DNA of 63,053 bases, filler included, from Stramenopiles sp. TOSAG23-6 (GCA_900128565.1; 49 parts of 49 records of this genome joined end to end with filler, not necessarily neighbours in it), one strand, 5' to 3'; shown: positions 50,711 through 62,377, counted from the first letter of the whole stretch. Program-made: numbers and translations. Notes: generated by a model from the sequence alone, not told the origin.

Positions 50711-51178
50711 ATGACAGCTCATTCGAAGCAAACTATTCTTTATGCTGTTGAACGAGGTGATCTGATGTTTCTTATCCGGGAAAGGAGACGGATACCATTC
50801 GATATCTCAACCTGGGATGAGATTTGTCGGTCTGCCATGTTCTATGGCAGAGTTCATATTGTGGCTTGGCTGAACCAGGTAAAGGGAATTCAGCCTGACC
50901 TTAACCCTTACGAAAGCGGATTGGCCATGGTGAATGCTGCTGGAAATGGGCAAGTGGGAGCTTTAAAATATTTTCGGGAAACCTTAAGTCCACCTTTGCC
51001 TTGGGATGAAAGTATGTGTGCTGTAGCAGCTGCATATGGTCACTTAAATGTGTTGCAGTGGCTTTGGGAGGAAAATAAACGTCTTCCCAATGAATTTCCG
51101 TTCAAGTATGATGACAGTTACACAGCAGCACAACTTAATAATCAACGACATGTGTTGCATTGGTTGGAAAGTTTATAA
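50711..51178 (+). CDS. Ankyrin-like repeat protein
   Basis: PWDESMCAVAAAYGHLNVLQWL-type repeats. Confidence 0.75.
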   Translation: MTAHSKQTILYAVERGDLMFLIRERRRIPFDISTWDEICRSAMFYGRVHIVAWLNQVKGIQPDLNPYESGLAMVNAAGNGQVGALKYFRETLSPPLPWDESMCAVAAAYGHLNVLQWLWEENKRLPNEFPFKYDDSYTAAQLNNQRHVLHWLESL

Positions 51179-51691
51179 CTCAATTAAAAATTAATAAATT
51201 TGTTTGTTATCAAATTTTATATTTGGTTTGTCACTTATCACAATAATAGGAAAGAGCCTGTGGTGCTTGTGGAACACCCCTCTTTTTTTTTTATTTATTT
51301 TGAGTCTGAAGCCGGATTTATTCCAAATAAATAGAAAATATTTTTTGTTTTGAAGTTTAAAATGCTATAGAAAAAGAAACAATTTTTTGAAAATATTTTT
51401 GTTTTATATACAATTATTTGTGCAAAATATGATTCATATTCAATTCTAAAATTCTTTCCAAAAAAATAAAATCGAAAAATATTGTACTCGAAAATATTGT
51501 ACNNNNNNNNNNNNNNNNNNNNNNNNNNNNNNNNNNNNNNNNNNNNTTAATTAATTAANNNNNNNNNNNNNNNNNNNNNNNNNNNNNNNNNNNNNNNNNN
51601 NNATTGTTAGGTACAAAATTTCGTATGAAAAATTAAAATTTAAAAAAAAAAAAAAAAAAAATTCGAAATTGAAAAAAAAAATAAAACATAC

Positions 51692-52598
51692 ACGAAACTC
51701 TGCATGTTAAACCACCTTCAGTTGCTCCACTTAATTGACCAATAGTTGAACGCATTGTATTTCGTGTAAATCCATGACATAATCGTTGGTCTAAACAACC
51801 TTTGTTTAAATCCCAGACTAAAATTCCACCATCTTCATCAGCAGACATGTAATTTTTAAAAAAATATTTCATTTTTTTTTTTTTTAGCGTTAGGAAAACG
51901 TACATTGCTCGGCTTCCATCCGTTGAAATACAGACAGAAATTAACGGCACGTTATGCGCTGAAAAATGGAATACTGCGTCACCTGTATTTAATTGCCATA
52001 CATACACAGAAGTATCAGAACTCACGGAGCAACCACGAGAACCATCATCTGAAAGAGCATGTATTTTGGAAAAATATTTCAAAAAATTTTTTTTACCGAA
52101 AAAAAAAAAATTGTTAGGTACAAAATTTTCAAAAAAAAAAAAATGAAATTTTCAAAAAAATAAAAACATACAACACAGGTAACAGTTTTTTTATGTTTCT
52201 TCATTTGACGTATCAAAGTGCCTTCAAGTATATCCCAAAAAATTAATGTATTATCCCAACTTCCTGACAATGCAAAACGTCCATCAGGTGTGATCTCAAC
52301 TGATGCTACAGTGTCTGTATGACCTTCAAGACAATGTAATTTACGACCAGTAGCAAGATTCCATATATTTTGGAAAAATATTTGAAATTTTTTTTTCAAA
52401 AATTTGTTAGGTACAAAATTTCGTACGAAAACTAAAAAAAAAAAATTCGATTTTTTTGTTATAAAAAAAAAAAAAAAACATACATACAATGAGTCGACTA
52501 TCACTAGATGCCGTAACACCTTTAAAAATATTTGTCATTTTCATTGAAGTTTCATCGACAGTTGATAATACAGTAGGATGAACTGTATTCATTGGTAC
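51692..52598 (-). CDS. WD40 repeat protein, 5 element introns
   Basis: GHTDTVASVEITPDGRFALSGSWDNTLIFWD and neighbouring repeats. Confidence 0.9.
51847..51903 (-). mobile_element. Minimal 57-nt element intron, GT-AT
   Basis: AT|GTACGTTTTCCTAAC..AATTACAT|G restores RAMSADEDG. Confidence 0.75.
52059..52171 (-). mobile_element. Element intron, GT-AT, 113 nt (register-informative)
   Basis: GTT|GTATGT..AATACAT|GCT gives VTCVALS. Confidence 0.85.
52363..52483 (-). mobile_element. Element intron, GT-AT, 121 nt
   Basis: GTA T|GTATGT..AATATAT|GG restores RLIVWNL. Confidence 0.85.
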
Positions 52599-52798
52599 AT
52601 GTATTTTGGAAAAATATTTCAAAAATTTTCTATAAAAAAAACATTTGTTAGGTACGGAANNNNNNNNNNNNNNNNNNNNNNNNNNNNNNNNNNNNNNNNN
52701 NNNTTAATTAATTAANNNNNNNNNNNNNNNNNNNNNNNNNNNNNNNNNNNNNNNNNNNNTTTTTTTTTTTTTTTTTTTTTTTTTTCATTATTTTTTTC

Positions 52799-52850
<52 letters not shown>

Positions 52851-52879
52851 AAATTTGAAATTCATAATGAAACACGTAC

Positions 52880-53698
52880 GTAGTTATCACGTAGAGATTG
52901 ATGTGATTCATTTAAAAGTAATCCCAATTCTTTTAATTGTGTTTCAAAAATTGGTTTTGAACAAATTTGTATAAATTGTTCAACACGTTCAACTTCAGAG
53001 TAGACATATATCGTAGTATAATATTTTTTTCAGAAAAAAAAAATGTTAGGTACAAATTTTGGTACAAAAAAAAAATTAAATTTTTAAATTTAAAAAAAAA
53101 AAAAAAAAAAAAATGGTTAGGTACAAATTTTCGTACGAAAAAAATAAATTCAAATCTTTAAAAAAAAAAAAAAAAACATACATGAATTGCCCTTTCTAAG
53201 CATTTAATATCACATTTCGATGCATCTTTAGCCATGGTATTAATAACATTAGTTGCTAAATCTTCACGATTTGGAAACAAAACAGCAGACGTATCTCCGG
53301 ACAGATTTGTTCCAAATCCCAAAGATTTTGCAATGATTGAAGATGAAAAAAATTCTTTTGTAATTGCATTTAAATTCTGTTTTGCAATTTTTTGCATTCC
53401 ACCTGTTAAAACTTTTTTTCCAGTTCTTTTTTCTAAATTAGTTTGAATATGTTTTAAATTTGTACATTTTGCATTAAATTTTAATTGTTTTTGTAATAAG
53501 GCTGAAGCCAAACCACCCTCAACAACACGCCTATTGAAACAGGTTTGTGCCGTATCTGCTTTTTGAGCTTTTTTTCCTGAATGTAAAACAACAAATGAAG
53601 CATTTTTTGGTAATTCAATATTTTTTGTTACTAATTTTGGTTCAAATGTAACATGTAATGCATTCCCTTTTTTTGATAGGCACGAAACTGCTTGATCC
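52880..53698 (-). CDS. GALK2: N-acetylgalactosamine kinase/galactokinase, partial
   Basis: MDQAVS, FNRRVVE, RAIHVYSEVERV, LGLLLNESHQSLRDNY. Confidence 0.85.
53006..53181 (-). mobile_element. Double-core element intron, GT-AT, 176 nt
   Basis: CAT|GTATGT..GATATAT|GTC restores RAIHVYSE. Confidence 0.8.
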
Positions 53699-53765
53699 AT
53701 GTATTTTGAAAAAATATTTCAAAAAAAAAATTTTAAAATTTTTGTTAGGTACAAAATTTCGTATG

Positions 53766-53816
<51 letters not shown>

Positions 53817-53996
53817 NNNNNNNNNNNNNNNNNNNNNNNNNNNNNNNNNNNNNNNNNNNNTTAATTAATTAANNNNNNNNNNNNNNNNNNNNNNNNNNNN
53901 NNNNNNNNNNNNNNNNAAAAATATTTCAAAAAAAAATCGTTAGGTACAAAATTTCGTACGAAAAAAAATTGGAATTAAAAAAAAAATAAAACATAC

Positions 53997-54918
53997 ATGC
54001 ATCAAGGCACTGATACAAATCTAATCGCTGAGGTTCCCCATTGTTCGTATTTTTGAAATTAGACTTAGGAAGTGGTATGTCCACAGACATAAATGGATCA
54101 AATGATACAGAGTTAAGACCACAAAGAGTACATTGAATACGTGAACGAAGTTGACCTTGGAAAACAGAAGTAAAATGACTTTTGTGTCGTTTTTCATGAA
54201 TACTTAAAGTTTCAGCAGCAATCTGAGCATCGGATCGACCAATTGTTTCAACAGACTTTATAATAGACTTATTTTGTGCGATATTACAATCCTCATGCAT
54301 AACATCTAGTAATAAATGCATAAGTTCAGATGCATCCTGTTGCTGGTAACCAATAAATAAGGAATTCTGTTGGCTTACCAACGTCTTGAGAGCCATCGGA
54401 ACACAAATAGTGTATTTACCTGACCACATCGCCTTCATCAAACGTCCATACGCTTCTGCCATACTCAAATTCGATTTGGATTTTGTTGAACGACAAGTAG
54501 AATTATTACTCTTTGTGAGTACATCTTTTGGATTTGGTTTATTTGGTTTATCAGTTAAAACTTCTTCAAATTTTCCATCAAGAAAGAATTTTGTCAATGG
54601 TTCACAATTACTAAGACACTGTATCATCGAATTTAAAAAACATGTATTTCCTAAATTTCTCAACCCAACAACACCAGCCGCTGGAGGTCGACCCACAATG
54701 TGTTCAAAATTAAGAGGCATATTCTTCGCCGAAGACACAGCAGCAACTATTCTACTGATTGCCGAAGTTGTTGTATAAGAATGTATATCATTAACAGCAC
54801 TACCCGCTGAAGAATGCTTCGTATACGTTCCATATTTTTGAAGACATTCACTTTCATTACTGTACCATTCACCTGCACCGAATTCTTTATTTTCCCAATG
54901 AAGCTTTACCCGGAGTTC
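53997..54918 (-). CDS. Ubiquitin-specific protease exon bounded by two elements
   Basis: GLRNLGNTCFLNSMIQCL, QQQDASE. Confidence 0.9.
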
Positions 54919-56239
54919 ATGTATTTTGGAAAAATATTTCAAAAAAAAAAACTAAAATTTGTTAGGTACAAANNNNNNNNNNNNNNNNNNNNNNNNNNNN
55001 NNNNNNNNNNNNNNNNTTAATTAATTAANNNNNNNNNNNNNNNNNNNNNNNNNNNNNNNNNNNNNNNNNNNNCAGTTCGCTGTTGTTGCGGCATTCGGGA
55101 GCTATTCGGTTCACGAAAGCCTTGTCTCTGCTCTTCGGCAGGATCGTTTCGAAACTCATCATTCATACTATGTATTATGTACTATTTTGACAAAAATGCC
55201 AAACGAAAAAAAAATGGGAAAAAGCACGCGCTCTTGGTTTTCAACAGTTTTCAGGTTTGTGTTAGTTGGGCGGTTGGCTTGGTGTGGTCGGGGAAGAGGT
55301 GCTTGGGAGCAAGGGCATATGTTATTGTTGATATTGATGTAATTTGTTGGCCACCTGGTAACATAACGATGCTTACATGTGGAAGTAAAGTTGGTGTTGC
55401 CAGGGTGGGCCTCGCATAAATATGCATTCAAAACGAACGCACAAACATACACGTCTCCGTTTAAGGAAATTTTATATACCACGACGTTAACAGCTTTCCG
55501 TGTGAACAGTAGCACTCCAAGGAGCGCAAGCACGGATCACTTGACATAAGCCATGGATACAAGAGAAAAGGGGACACGGGGGAGGAAGACGGAAGGGCGC
55601 GGAGTGGTGTTTTACTTACTGCTCAGTCAATCACGGACGGACGGACGGACGGATGGACGCACGCACACACAAAAATGAAGTGACCTGACCTGAACCAAAC
55701 TAATCTAAAAAAAACTGTACGAACTTCAAGACGAAACAAGTATCTAGATACATTTAAGAATAAAAGAAAGGAAAGAAAACAACCCAAAAAATAAACGTTT
55801 TTAATTTCATTAATCTCTCCCCTTCCATCGTCTTAAAGGATTCTTTTGACTCTGTGAACATTCCAATTTCCAAATAATATTCTTCCACCACCCACCCACC
55901 AAAAAAGAAGAAAAAAAAACAATAATAATAATAATAAAAACAAAGTTGTTTTTTTACAATCTCCATCATTAGTTAAGGTAATGAATATAAATGAATTGAT
56001 ACGAATGTCTGTATTATAATAGTAATGAATGTATCTTTGTATCTGTAATATTTATATTATTTTCCGTGTGATAATACATATAATGTTCAAAGTATTAATT
56101 TCAAACAACATGAATCATTGACAGTATNNNNNNNNNNNNNNNNNNNNNNNNNNNNNNNNNNNNNNNNNNNNTTAATTAATTAANNNNNNNNNNNNNNNNN
56201 NNNNNNNNNNNNNNNNNNNNNNNNNNNATAAAAATGTAC

Positions 56240-57282
56240 ATATGATTAATAATAACAGGAATATTTGGATATTTTTCTATTAAATCCGCTGCTTTTAAAA
56301 ATTGTGAAGGATTTAGTTGCATATCAAATGACAAATCAAATCTTTCAAGAAGACCAAAATTTTCAATAAATAATTTATCATCTAACAAATCACCTAATTT
56401 CTTATTTCGTGGCCATGATGGTTCAAAATTACAAATTTGACGTACATATATTGTGAAAAAATATTTTTTTTTTGTTCATTTTTTCATTTTTTTTTTTTTT
56501 TTTTTTTTAGGGAAAAATTTTCTTTAAAAAAAAATTAAAAAAAAAAAAAACTCTGAGGTGTTTTTTGATAACATCATTTTTGCATCGCATTCAGGATGAC
56601 AAACAGACATTGCTTCCATCAAAACTCCACCAACAGGTAATAAACGTATAGAATTGTTCTGTATAGATTTCATATCATTGTTATATTCATCTAAACCATA
56701 TTCTAAAAAACTTTTTCCGATGATATTGGAATCATGAACACCATTTTCTGTGACATTCCAAATATGAAAATGAGCGTCAAAAAAAGCTAAATCAAAGCGT
56801 AGTGTTTTTACTTTTACAACTTCTGTATTAGTATCAGTTGTAGTATTACTATTAGTAGTATCGGTATCAGTAGTAGTAGTTGCCGTTTTTGTATCGTCAG
56901 TCGAATTCTTAGTACAAATTTTTGTACTTTTATGAATTTTTACAGATTTTGGATTTCTATCAGTTCGATTCAACGATCCAGAAGAAATTAGACTTGAATA
57001 ATCGCGTTTGTGAACATTTTTTGATCTTTTATAATAATGGTTATCCACTTGTTGAGGAGAATTACTTGAATATCGATACATTCGTTTTTTACTAAAATTT
57101 TCTTCTCTTTCAAAGTTTTCAAAATTTCGTTTTTTTGAATTTTGTTCATCTTCAAAATCATTTCCAAAATCACCTTCAAAATCATTATGACTAGCAAGTA
57201 TTTGATCCTTATTATTACTATCACTAGCAAGTTTTCCTTTCTTACTCTCTTCTCCATTTGACTTATTTTTTAACCATTGTTC
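56240..57282 (-). CDS. Amidohydrolase_2 (sugar lactonase-like) with low-complexity N-terminus
   Basis: FFDAHFHIW, VRQI, LSFDMQL..QF, VIINH. Confidence 0.75.
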
Positions 57283-57907
57283 NNNNNNNNNNNNNNNNNN
57301 NNNNNNNNNNNNNNNNNNNNNNNNNNTTAATTAATTAANNNNNNNNNNNNNNNNNNNNNNNNNNNNNNNNNNNNNNNNNNNNTTTTTTGAAATATTTTTC
57401 CAAAATACATGGTAAATTTGAAATGCTTCAATTGGTTGAGGAATGGATTGAAAAAGAGAAAAAAAACCACGTTGCACGTCTTGCACGTGCAGTCACTGTG
57501 ATCAAGACACTTGATATGGTTCCAATTGATGTAATAAAGTTTGAGATTCTCTCTTTTGCTGGTATTTGTGATACTGAAACACAGACAAATGATAGGAATA
57601 AACTCATGGATGAAGATATGTGTAATTAGGTACAAAATTTTGTACAAAAAAATGAAATGTTAGTAGGATACTATTGTAGCTAGGTTCTGCAAAGTGCAGT
57701 TGCAACAGAAGTAAGTGAAAAGTTATATACGTGATATTAGATGAATTTGAGAAAAATAGGAGCTAAAAATTATATTTTAGATAGTGAAATAAAAGAAAGA
57801 CAATTACGATCATTTTTTCAATGATTTCTGGGGGGTATTATAGAACCCGGTAACGGTGAGATCTGCATCGATCTCGCGAAGATACGAATGGTGTCTACTT
57901 CCGTAAA

Positions 57908-58383
57908 ATGATGAAGACTACAATTGTTTTGGCACTCGTAGCCACAGCTTCTGCTGTTGTGCACCGTATTCCAATGAAGAAGCGCCCTTTTGGATTGGAC
58001 CGAAAAGTTTCTGAAACAGATCAGGACATTATCCGTGCTGTCAATCGAGTGTAAGTTAATTTTGTCTACACGTATCTTCCTCTTATTACAGCTTGTAAAT
58101 ATATTTTATATGTACTAACTTATTATACATTTGTGTATACTGTTTCCAATCTAGACACGTCTCTCGAAAGTATCTTGGAGGAAGCGGTGGAAGAAGCGGT
58201 GATGTCACAATCAATGATTTCGCTAACGTAGGTAGCAATTATATAAAGAATTTTCTTTTCGTGTGTGTATTTGTTCTCTCTTCATATTTTCTAACTAAAA
58301 TCAATACAAATAACTATCGAACATTACAGGCTCAGTACTACGGCTCATTGACTGTAGGAACTCCTCCTCAGAAACTCAACATG
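57908..58383 (+). CDS. Cathepsin D-like aspartic protease N-terminus; canonical GT-AG introns 58051-58154 and 58228-58329
   Basis: Signal peptide, HRIPMKK, INDFANAQYYGSLTVGTPPQ. Confidence 0.9.
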
Positions 58384-58537
58384 GTAGAATTTTAGGACTC
58401 AACTACGTTGTCGTGTCTCTTGCAGAAAATGTATGTTNNNNNNNNNNNNNNNNNNNNNNNNNNNNNNNNNNNNNNNNNNNNTTAATTAATTAANNNNNNN
58501 NNNNNNNNNNNNNNNNNNNNNNNNNNNNNNNNNNNNN

Positions 58538-59591
58538 AAAAGATCAATCCGTGAGCTCCATCACTATACTGGAAGCTGGCAAAAAACAGTCGCTACACCA
58601 CGGAGATAAATTCCCAAAGTGTACAGCTGATGAGAGTCATGTATATTGTAGTGAAAAACAACGAAGAGTTGTAAAAATGCCGGAAATCGTAGATGATACT
58701 CTCAAACATAAGCACAAACATAAGCACAAAGACTGGAAATTCGATGATCTCAAAGATGAGCTCATAGGCTGCTGTGTCACACACGACGTTTTAAATAAGT
58801 TGCTAATAATATCATTTTATAGAGGAGCAAAAGAGCTACCCGTGGTACAAAATAAGGAAACTATGATTACTTATTTTAAAGATAATCCAGAAGAGTTGTT
58901 GCCGGCACTGAATAAGCTGGATCAAGGTAAATCCCTGGATCAAGTTACAACCGTTGATCAAGGTGGTGCTTCATTGGTAACTGTGTCAAATTTGAAGAAG
59001 CTACTATTGCCCAAACTAAAGAAATTTCGTGATAGTATTGATCTGGACAAACAAACAGTTATTGAACAGTTTTGTTATGCGGTCATGTATGGTGTCGATA
59101 ATACTATTCACCATGATACAGACACGGACTGGTATGAACCTAAAGATGGTGCTAGTTTTGAAAGTTACTGTGACCACAAAAAAAATGAAATACTACATAA
59201 GGTAAAAAAACTTCTTCCTCAGAAAGAGGAAGATTTTAATTTTCTTTTTGGGGTTTATCTGGATAATGTTTATTACGTTGATTCCGAAGCAATGATGGTT
59301 GATCTTCTGGCCGATCAACCTCTAACATACCTTAAAGAGAATATTTTTGATACTTTAGAAGACACTGCGAAAGACTTAATTTTAAAAAATTTAAATCAAA
59401 TGTGGGATGATGCAAAATGGCCAAGACGTCCTAGCCCTGATGAAGGTGAATTTAAAACAGAAGAAGAATTTCTTCAGGAATTTTATATACATGGTGTCAA
59501 ATACTGGAACTACATGAAAGAATGGGATGTACCTGATACATTGAACACATTATATAAAATTTATAGACCTGATTTAGATCCACTGTTTGAC
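58538..59591 (+). CDS. Hypothetical protein fragment
   Basis: Contig-long intronless ORF. Confidence 0.55.
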
Positions 59592-60062
59592 NNNNNNNNN
59601 NNNNNNNNNNNNNNNNNNNNNNNNNNNNNNNNNNNTTAATTAATTAANNNNNNNNNNNNNNNNNNNNNNNNNNNNNNNNNNNNNNNNNNNNTTTGCTGCG
59701 TTTTTGATTAATTTGATATTTTTTGCTTTTACTTTTTCTTCTTGATCACCATCGTTATAAACAATATCATACGTATTATCAGGGTAAACCTTGACAATTT
59801 TGCCAGGAAAAGAGTATGATGATGTAAGAAGTCGAGAAGACGGTGGTTATCTCACTTCATGCACGTACGAAAATGAAGAAATTCGAAATGTATAACGAAA
59901 TCATACATTTTCATTTATGTTGAAGAGAGTGTTATTTCATTGATTCTGTATAAAATAAAAAAAATGAGATACTATGTAGAAATTCTTTATCAATTAAATA
60001 AATAATTCATTGTAAAATATGAATTTCAACACTATAACTTGACTTATTGCATAATATATGTA

Positions 60063-60719
60063 TTATAGTTTGTTAACAGGCGTGAGACCTAGGAGTCGCA
60101 TCGCAGTTCGCATAGCTTCACACGTCGCTTGGCACAATAATACTCGACTGAAATCAATTTCGTCTTCATTAATAACACGACAACTTTTCCAAAAAGAGGA
60201 AAAATTCTGACATAAAGTGAACATATACTGACAAAGTAAGTGAGGTTGTAATTGCTCCATGGATTCCTCTAAAACTTCCGGAAGGCGTAAAATTTCAGAT
60301 ACTAAATTAATCTCAGCAACTTCTTTTACGGTAACTGAATATGCTTCTTTAATTTCGTCCATAGTTTTGTTACATTTTGATGTCACATTTCTACCAACGG
60401 ATGCTATACGAGCATGCTGATATTGCATATAGACATTTGTATCGCCGTCAGTGGAGAGCATGCGTTCAAAGCTAAAAACATAATCGTTAATTCGATTTTG
60501 GCGAAGATCAAAATATTTCACACCACCATAACCAACAGCTTCAGCAGTATCCGAAATTTCATCCGCAGCAAGTGGCGACTTACCATCCGATACTCTTTGA
60601 GTAAGTATACCAGTCATTCGAGATCGAGATTCATCCAAAAGATCGACTAAGCGAACACTTTTACCTTCACGAGTTTTAAATTTTTTACCATCATCTCCTT
60701 GAACGACACCAAATTTTAC
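60063..60719 (-). CDS. RARS1: Arginyl-tRNA synthetase C-terminus; last exon preceded by an element AT acceptor
   Basis: VKFGVVQGDDGKKFKTREG, VKYFDL, GDTNVYMQYQHARI. Confidence 0.92.
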   Translation of the reverse strand, partial: VKFGVVQGDDGKKFKTREGKSVRLVDLLDESRSRMTGILTQRVSDGKSPLAADEISDTAEAVGYGGVKYFDLRQNRINDYVFSFERMLSTDGDTNVYMQYQHARIASVGRNVTSKCNKTMDEIKEAYSVTVKEVAEINLVSEILRLPEVLEESMEQLQPHLLCQYMFTLCQNFSSFWKSCRVINEDEIDFSRVLLCQATCEAMRTAMRLLGLTPVNKL

Positions 60720-60898
60720 ATATATTGTGAAAAAATATTTTTGTTNNNNNNNNNNNNNNNNNNNNNNNNNNNNNNNNNNNNNNNNNNNNTTAATTAATTA
60801 ANNNNNNNNNNNNNNNNNNNNNNNNNNNNNNNNNNNNNNNNNNNNATTTTGTACCTAACAATTTTTTTTTTTTTTTGAAATATTTTTCCAAAATACAT

Positions 60899-61750
60899 GT
60901 GTTCATCCTACAGTGTCTAATCTTGAAGGATCTCAACAAAATTGTTCATGTAAAACTCGTTTGTTATATAACCCTAAACCTAACGCTATATATATATTTC
61001 TAACCCTAACCCTAATTCAATTTTTTTTTTTTTCAAAATATTTTTTTTTCATAGTAAAAATTTGTACTTAGACTGTTTTTTTTAATTACATATTGTCCAG
61101 AACATAGTAGTAAAGGATAAAAATTGTAAATTTAAAAATGGTGTTGATTCGTATGTATTAAAAGAGGAATTTCGCAAAGTAAAAAATAGTCTACATACGA
61201 ATTCTCAAAATTTTCCAAAAAAAAAAAATTTCCAAAAAAATCAAAAAAATCAAAAAAATCAAAAAAATCAAAATATGAATAGTTTTTCTAATTTTTTAGA
61301 TATGACGTCAGAAATCTTGGATATTGAAGAATTGGCTAACCAAGGCAAAGAACACGAAATATGTCCTTATTTTTTAATGAGGCAAGCATCCATTCAAAAT
61401 GAAGCTGATCTAATTTTTGTACCTTATAATTATCTCATCGATCCAGATGTTAGAGAATTGACATGTACGTGTTATCAAACCCTAACCCTAATTTCAAATT
61501 TATTTTTTTAGAAAAAAATTTCGATTTTTTTTCTAAAATTTTTTTTTTTTTTTGGAATTTTTTTTTTTTTTTTTTTTCTAGACCTAAATTCTCAAAAAGT
61601 CTAAAACTTTGATATATCGTGACGTCATACAGTTCAGAATCTTGATTTATCAAATTGTATAATTCTATTTGATGAAGCTCACAACTTAGAATCCGTTTGT
61701 ACTGATGCTGCATCATTTGACCTTACACCGACAGATCTTGCTCTTAGTAT
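60899..61750 (+). CDS. RTEL1: XPD-family helicase RTEL1-like; degenerate GT-AG introns 60959-61107 and 61465-61632
   Basis: [38 protein letters not shown]. Confidence 0.75.
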
Positions 61751-61825
61751 GTACGTTTTTTTGTACCTAAACAAAAAAAAACAAAAAAAAAAAAAAAAAA
61801 AATTTAATTTTAATTTTAATTTTCA

Positions 61826-61861
<36 letters not shown>

Positions 61862-62377
61862 TTTTTTCCTTAAAAAAAAAAATTTTTTTTTAAAATTTTN
61901 NNNNNNNNNNNNNNNNNNNNNNNNNNNNNNNNNNNNNNNNNNNTTAATTAATTAANNNNNNNNNNNNNNNNNNNNNNNNNNNNNNNNNNNNNNNNNNNNT
62001 ATTAATACATGAAGTGGAGCTTTTGATGTCATTGTTTCAGAGAGAGAGTAAAAAAATATACATAGATAGAGAGATTAATAAAATTTCGAAATTAAAAAAA
62101 TAGCAAAATTGACGGTCCGTTTTTTGTTTGATTGACTAAAAAAAATGAGTTCTTGTTGTTGACTGCTGCATGAGAAAACAGCGAGAAAACAACCTCAAAA
62201 TTAATATTTTTAATTAAATTTACTTCTATTACGTCTATTACTTGCTACAATATAAACTCAAGTAAGGAGCAAACTGTGTGCAATAGAATTAATTAGTGGT
62301 GAGCTGCTTTATTATAATTTTTTGCCGTCATATATAGCCAGGACACGTGACAATGATTTTCGTTCAACTTACTATTA

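Noticed and set aside
7615-53181. Element introns as U12-type AT-AC introns
   Set aside because: There is no ATATCCT donor; several copies do not fit AT..AC (10252, 23759, 22129); and 52059-52171 favours the GT register.
7615-53181. Elements as ciliate-like IESs excised from DNA
   Set aside because: Near-strict sense orientation with donor and branch motifs argues for RNA splicing, though DNA excision cannot be formally excluded without reads.
57622-57655. Antisense element core fragment (TTAGGTACAAAATTTTGTAC)
   Set aside because: Isolated fragment at a probable chimeric junction; too little to claim an antisense insertion.
7359-61899. Palindromic repeat family as CRISPR repeats
   Set aside because: The copies are dispersed in eukaryotic genes, the intervening sequences are exons, and there are no cas genes.
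7259-61999. Regularly spaced TTAATTAATTAA palindromes
   Set aside because: Synthetic six-frame-stop linkers between contigs; gene adjacency across them has no meaning.
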